Positions 60,682 to 64,000 of a stretch of 64,000 bases of DNA are shown one piece after another (position 1 is the stretch's first letter; every line of letters starts with the position of its first letter). Below the pieces are notes generated by a model that had not been told where the DNA came from, did no database searches, and saw only the letters and a program-made list of their open reading frames with translations. This DNA comes from an uncultured Chloroflexia bacterium (lineage in GTDB: Bacteria; Chloroflexota; Limnocylindria; Limnocylindrales; CSP1-4). The position numbers and the translations under genes are program-made. The stretch covers positions 1,088,001 to 1,152,000 of the forward strand of contig OY970218.1 of NCBI GenBank assembly GCA_963713975.1, written 5' to 3'.

Positions 60682-61140
60682 GTGGAGTACCTGATCCGCC
60701 AGGCCCGCATCACCGACATCGACCGCCTGGCCGCCATCGGCCGACGGGCGATGGCGGGAGCCGGCTCCGGGTCGCTCGACGCCGCGGACCTGCTCCGGCA
60801 GCTCGTCTATCTACCGAACGCGAGCCTGCTCGTCGCCGAGACGCGGCGGGAGATCGTGGGCGGGGCACTGCTCGTCCTGCGTCCGTCGGTCATCTCCGGC
60901 GGCTACGTCGGGACCCTGGACTTCCTGATCACCGCCCCGGACCACGATGCGGATCGCGTCACGAGCGCGCTCCTCGAAGAGCTGCTTCGCTCCGCGGGCA
61001 ACAAGGGCTGCACCGTCGTGGAGGCAGCCCTGCCTTCGGATCCTGTGAGCCTCGCGCGCCTCGAGCGCGCAGGGTTCGCCCCCGCCGGACCAACGCTCCG
61101 GCGGCCACTCGCGGTGGCCGGGTCGAGCCGCCGCCAATAG
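60682..61140 (+). CDS. GNAT-fold protein
   Basis: 'IRQARITD', 'LLVAE..EIVG', 'LLEELL..A..GC', 'ERAGF'; the acetyl-CoA loop is atypical. Confidence 0.65.
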   Translation: MEYLIRQARITDIDRLAAIGRRAMAGAGSGSLDAADLLRQLVYLPNASLLVAETRREIVGGALLVLRPSVISGGYVGTLDFLITAPDHDADRVTSALLEELLRSAGNKGCTVVEAALPSDPVSLARLERAGFAPAGPTLRRPLAVAGSSRRQ

Positions 61141-61194
61141 CGCCCACCGGGTGACCCGGACCAACGGGTCCACCCCATCACAGTAGGAGTCAAT

Positions 61195-63285
61195 GTGGGG
61201 AAGAACGTCGCCGTCTTCGTGGACGTGGCGAACATCTTCTACGCGGCCAAGGCGGCCGGCGTGGATATCGACTACGTCACGCTCTTGAAGTCGGCTACCG
61301 CCGGACGTGATTTCGTCCGCGCCTACGCCTACACCGGGCTCGACCCGGACAACGAGAACCAGCGCAACTTCCACCAGTTCCTCGCCCGCCACTCGTACAA
61401 GGTCGTGAGCAAGGACATCCGCAAGTACGGCGACGGCAAGGTCAAGGCGAACCTCGACATCGAGCTCGTGGTCGACATGATGAAGACCGCGCGCAACCTG
61501 GATGTCGCCGTCATCGTGTCGGGCGACGGAGACTTCGCTCCGGCGATCCGTGCCGTCCAGGAGATGGGGGTCCGCGTCGAGGTCATCAGCTTCCGCGGCA
61601 ATACCTCGTCCGACCTGATCGAGGCGGCGGACCTGTTCACGGACATCATCCACATCGCCAAGGTCGACAAGAGCTCCGGCCGTTCCGGTCGCCGCGTCGC
61701 AGGCGACGACGAGGACCTGTCCATGACCGAGGTCCCCGACAAGATGACCGAAGGGACCGGACGTGGTCGTGGTCGTGGCCGTGGCCGCGGTCGTGACGAC
61801 GTCGCAGGATCCCGCGGACGCGGTCGTGACCGTGACCGGGATCGCGAGGAGGTCGCGGCAGCTCCGGTCGCGGCAACCGGTGGCCAGCTCGTGGCCTTGC
61901 CCGGCGAGAAGCTCTCGCGGGCCGCCTCGGCGGCGCCCGGGGAGGAGGCGGAGGACCTCGAACCGCCTGCCGAGGTCCTGGACGGCGACGGCGTCATCGG
62001 GGCAGATGAGACCGCCGAGGGCGAGGGCCGCCGACGACGCCGCCGCCGCGGTGGCCGGGGCCGCGGCCGTGGCCGGCAGGAGGGAACCGATCTCGAGGGC
62101 GAGGTGACTGCGGGCGAGACCGCCGAGGGCCAGGACCAGGATCTGCCCGTCGACGACGCAGAGGCTGACGAGGTTGTCGGCGCGGAGGCCGCCGAGGACG
62201 ACGCGCTGGTCGCCGAGGTCCAGCCGGAACCGGCACCGCAGCGTGGACGTGGCCGGTCGACGACCGCGCGCACGCCATCCGGCGAGCTGCCGACCCCGTT
62301 CGATGATCTCGATGCCCTGGCAGCCCCGCGGCGCGCGCCGCGGTCAACGCCGTTCGGATCGGTCTGGGACCGCCAGCTGGGTACGCCATCGGCGCGTCCC
62401 GCGGCCGACCTCGCACCGCTCCCGGACGACGAGGAGGACCTGGACGAGCCGGAGATCCCGGAGTACCTGCTCGCGGAGCGCCGTCGCGGCCAGGGCGGCC
62501 GGAGCCAGGGCGGCCGCGGCCAGGGTGGCCGTGGCGGTTCTCGCAGCGCCTACTCGGCCGCGATCGAGCGGGAGCGCTACGGTGGCTCTCGGGGAGCTCC
62601 CACCAGCCGGTACGCGGAGCCGGCTCGTGGCGGCCAAGGCGGCCGGGGTGGCGGTGGCCAGGGTGGGCAGCAGCCCGTCCGCGGTCCTCGCGGAGATCGA
62701 CCCGACAGGATCGATCGGGCTCCGCGCAGCGGCCAGGAGTGGAGCGAGGTGCCGCCGGAGCTCGAGGAGCTCCTCCGGGCCCAGCAGCTCCGGAACCAGC
62801 CTGCCGCCGGCCCGGCACCGGCCAAGGCCGCGCCGAGGCGCCGGACGACCCGCAAGCCGGCAGCTGACGCTACGGCAGCGGCCGAGCCCGCGGTCGTGTC
62901 CACCGACGCCGAGGCGGCACCGGCCAAGGCCGCGCCGAAGCGCCGGACGACCCGCAAGCCGGCAGCTGACGCTACGGCAGCGGCCGAGCCCGCGGTCGTG
63001 TCCACCGACGCCGAGGCGGCACCGGCCAAGGCCGCGCCGAAGCGCCGGACGACCCGCAAGCCGGCAGCTGACGCTACGGCAGCGGCCGAGCCCGCGGTCG
63101 TGTCCACCGACGCCGAGGCGGCACCGGCCAAGGCCGCGCCGAAGCGCCGGACGACCCGCAAGCCGGCAGCTGACGCTACGGCAGCGGCCGAGCCCGCGGT
63201 CGTGTCCACCGACGCCGAGGCGGCACCGGCCAAGGCCGCGCCGAAGCGCCGGACGACCCGCAAGCCGGCAGCAGCCGAGGGCTGA
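61195..63285 (+). CDS. NYN (LabA/DUF88, PIN-like) domain protein with a long disordered RG-rich/acidic/repeat tail
   Basis: FVDVAN, KANLDIELVVD, SGDGDF, S..L..AAD.F; AGGAG RBS. Confidence 0.88.
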   Translation: MGKNVAVFVDVANIFYAAKAAGVDIDYVTLLKSATAGRDFVRAYAYTGLDPDNENQRNFHQFLARHSYKVVSKDIRKYGDGKVKANLDIELVVDMMKTARNLDVAVIVSGDGDFAPAIRAVQEMGVRVEVISFRGNTSSDLIEAADLFTDIIHIAKVDKSSGRSGRRVAGDDEDLSMTEVPDKMTEGTGRGRGRGRGRGRDDVAGSRGRGRDRDRDREEVAAAPVAATGGQLVALPGEKLSRAASAAPGEEAEDLEPPAEVLDGDGVIGADETAEGEGRRRRRRRGGRGRGRGRQEGTDLEGEVTAGETAEGQDQDLPVDDAEADEVVGAEAAEDDALVAEVQPEPAPQRGRGRSTTARTPSGELPTPFDDLDALAAPRRAPRSTPFGSVWDRQLGTPSARPAADLAPLPDDEEDLDEPEIPEYLLAERRRGQGGRSQGGRGQGGRGGSRSAYSAAIERERYGGSRGAPTSRYAEPARGGQGGRGGGGQGGQQPVRGPRGDRPDRIDRAPRSGQEWSEVPPELEELLRAQQLRNQPAAGPAPAKAAPRRRTTRKPAADATAAAEPAVVSTDAEAAPAKAAPKRRTTRKPAADATAAAEPAVVSTDAEAAPAKAAPKRRTTRKPAADATAAAEPAVVSTDAEAAPAKAAPKRRTTRKPAADATAAAEPAVVSTDAEAAPAKAAPKRRTTRKPAAAEG
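62815..63271 (+). repeat. In-frame 102-bp (34-aa) tandem repeat, about 4.5 copies
   Basis: Units start at 62815, 62917, 63019, 63121 and 63223, encoding APAKAAPKRRTTRKPAADATAAAEPAVVSTDAEA; copies are near-identical. Confidence 0.95.
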
Positions 63286-63308
63286 GCCCCGGCGAACGCG
63301 AGAGCAGC

Positions 63309-64000
63309 GTGGACGGCTTCGATACCGTCGGCCAACCGGCCGCGGTCGCGGCCGTCCGCGCCATGCTCGCCACGCGGCCGCCGCATGCCGTGCTCCTGGT
63401 GGGGCCGGCGTCCGTCGGCAAGCACTCGCTGGCCCTGGACTTGGCCGCAGCCCTGCTGTGCACCGGGGCCTCCGGGGCCTTGCGGCCGTGTCGGACATGT
63501 CGTGGCTGCCGGATGGTGGATCACGGAAACCACCCCGACCTCCACAACCTCGTGCCATCGGGGGCCGGGTTCCAGATCAGGATCGGCGAGGACCAGCACC
63601 CGGAGCCTGGCACGATCCGGCGCCTTGCGAGTGACCTCGCGCTGCTGCCGGTGGAGGGCGGCGAGCGGGTCGCGATCATCCGTGACGCGCAGCGCATGAA
63701 CGACGTGGCCCAGTCGGCGCTGCTCAAGACACTCGAGGAACCGCCGGCAGGCACCACCCTGGTCCTGTGTGCCGATGACGAGGACCAGCTGCTGCCGACC
63801 ATCCGCTCACGGTGCGCGCGGATCCGGCTCGGGACCCTGGCGACCCGCGACGTTGAGGTGCTGCTGGACGAGCGGGGCCTGGCCGACGCCCCGACCGCCG
63901 CTCGTCTGGCGCGGCTGTCCGGGGGACGGCCCGGGATCGCCGTGGCCTACGCATCGGCCCCGGAAGCCGAGGTCACGCGGGCGGAGATCCTGCGAACCCT
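63309..64000 (+). CDS. holB: DNA polymerase III delta-prime subunit, 3'-partial
   Basis: Manual translation: HAVLLVGPASVGK, C..PCRTCRGC..NHPD, MN..AQSALLKTLEEP, LPTIRSRC. Absent from the ORF track because it has no stop in the window. Confidence 0.92.
   Translation, partial: MDGFDTVGQPAAVAAVRAMLATRPPHAVLLVGPASVGKHSLALDLAAALLCTGASGALRPCRTCRGCRMVDHGNHPDLHNLVPSGAGFQIRIGEDQHPEPGTIRRLASDLALLPVEGGERVAIIRDAQRMNDVAQSALLKTLEEPPAGTTLVLCADDEDQLLPTIRSRCARIRLGTLATRDVEVLLDERGLADAPTAARLARLSGGRPGIAVAYASAPEAEVTRAEILRT

Noticed and set aside
62815-63271. CRISPR array
   Set aside because: No unique spacers; it is an in-frame coding tandem repeat and there are no cas genes.

Overview
High-GC bacterial chromosomal window of mostly core genes. 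Gene content and sequence style suggest Chloroflexota, possibly Limnocylindria-like; this is an inference. Contents in order: a 5'-partial protein O-mannosyltransferase; a convergent, ArsR-led, actinobacterial-type phosphatidylinositol(-mannoside) operon (arsR-pgsA-ino1-2x acyltransferase-PHP-pimA); a sulfotransferase; an unannotated 35-aa membrane peptide; MFS and CorA transporters; a sortase-like protein with Cys>Ser; TlpA; lipoproteins, lepB and a broken lysE; a complex I operon; a MidA/NDUFAF7 methyltransferase; folK, glpX and a divergent purH; a heat-shock operon (hsp20 remnant-hspR-lon-cbpA-clpB); a KimA/USP/TrkA K+ module; rsmG, csoR, hpt; a liv-type ABC transporter; a NYN RNase with a long repetitive tail; and a 3'-partial holB. 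The most striking feature is the complex I operon. nuoI appears split in two: its N-half is fused to a cluster-less NuoE fragment and its C-half to the end of an 886-aa NuoG-N/GltD-like (NADPH-type) flavoprotein, with a degenerate NuoF in between. This suggests a complex I with a replaced, probably NADP(H)-linked, electron-input module. No tRNA, rRNA, CRISPR array or mobile element was recognised. All calls come from reading motifs by eye; no searches were run.
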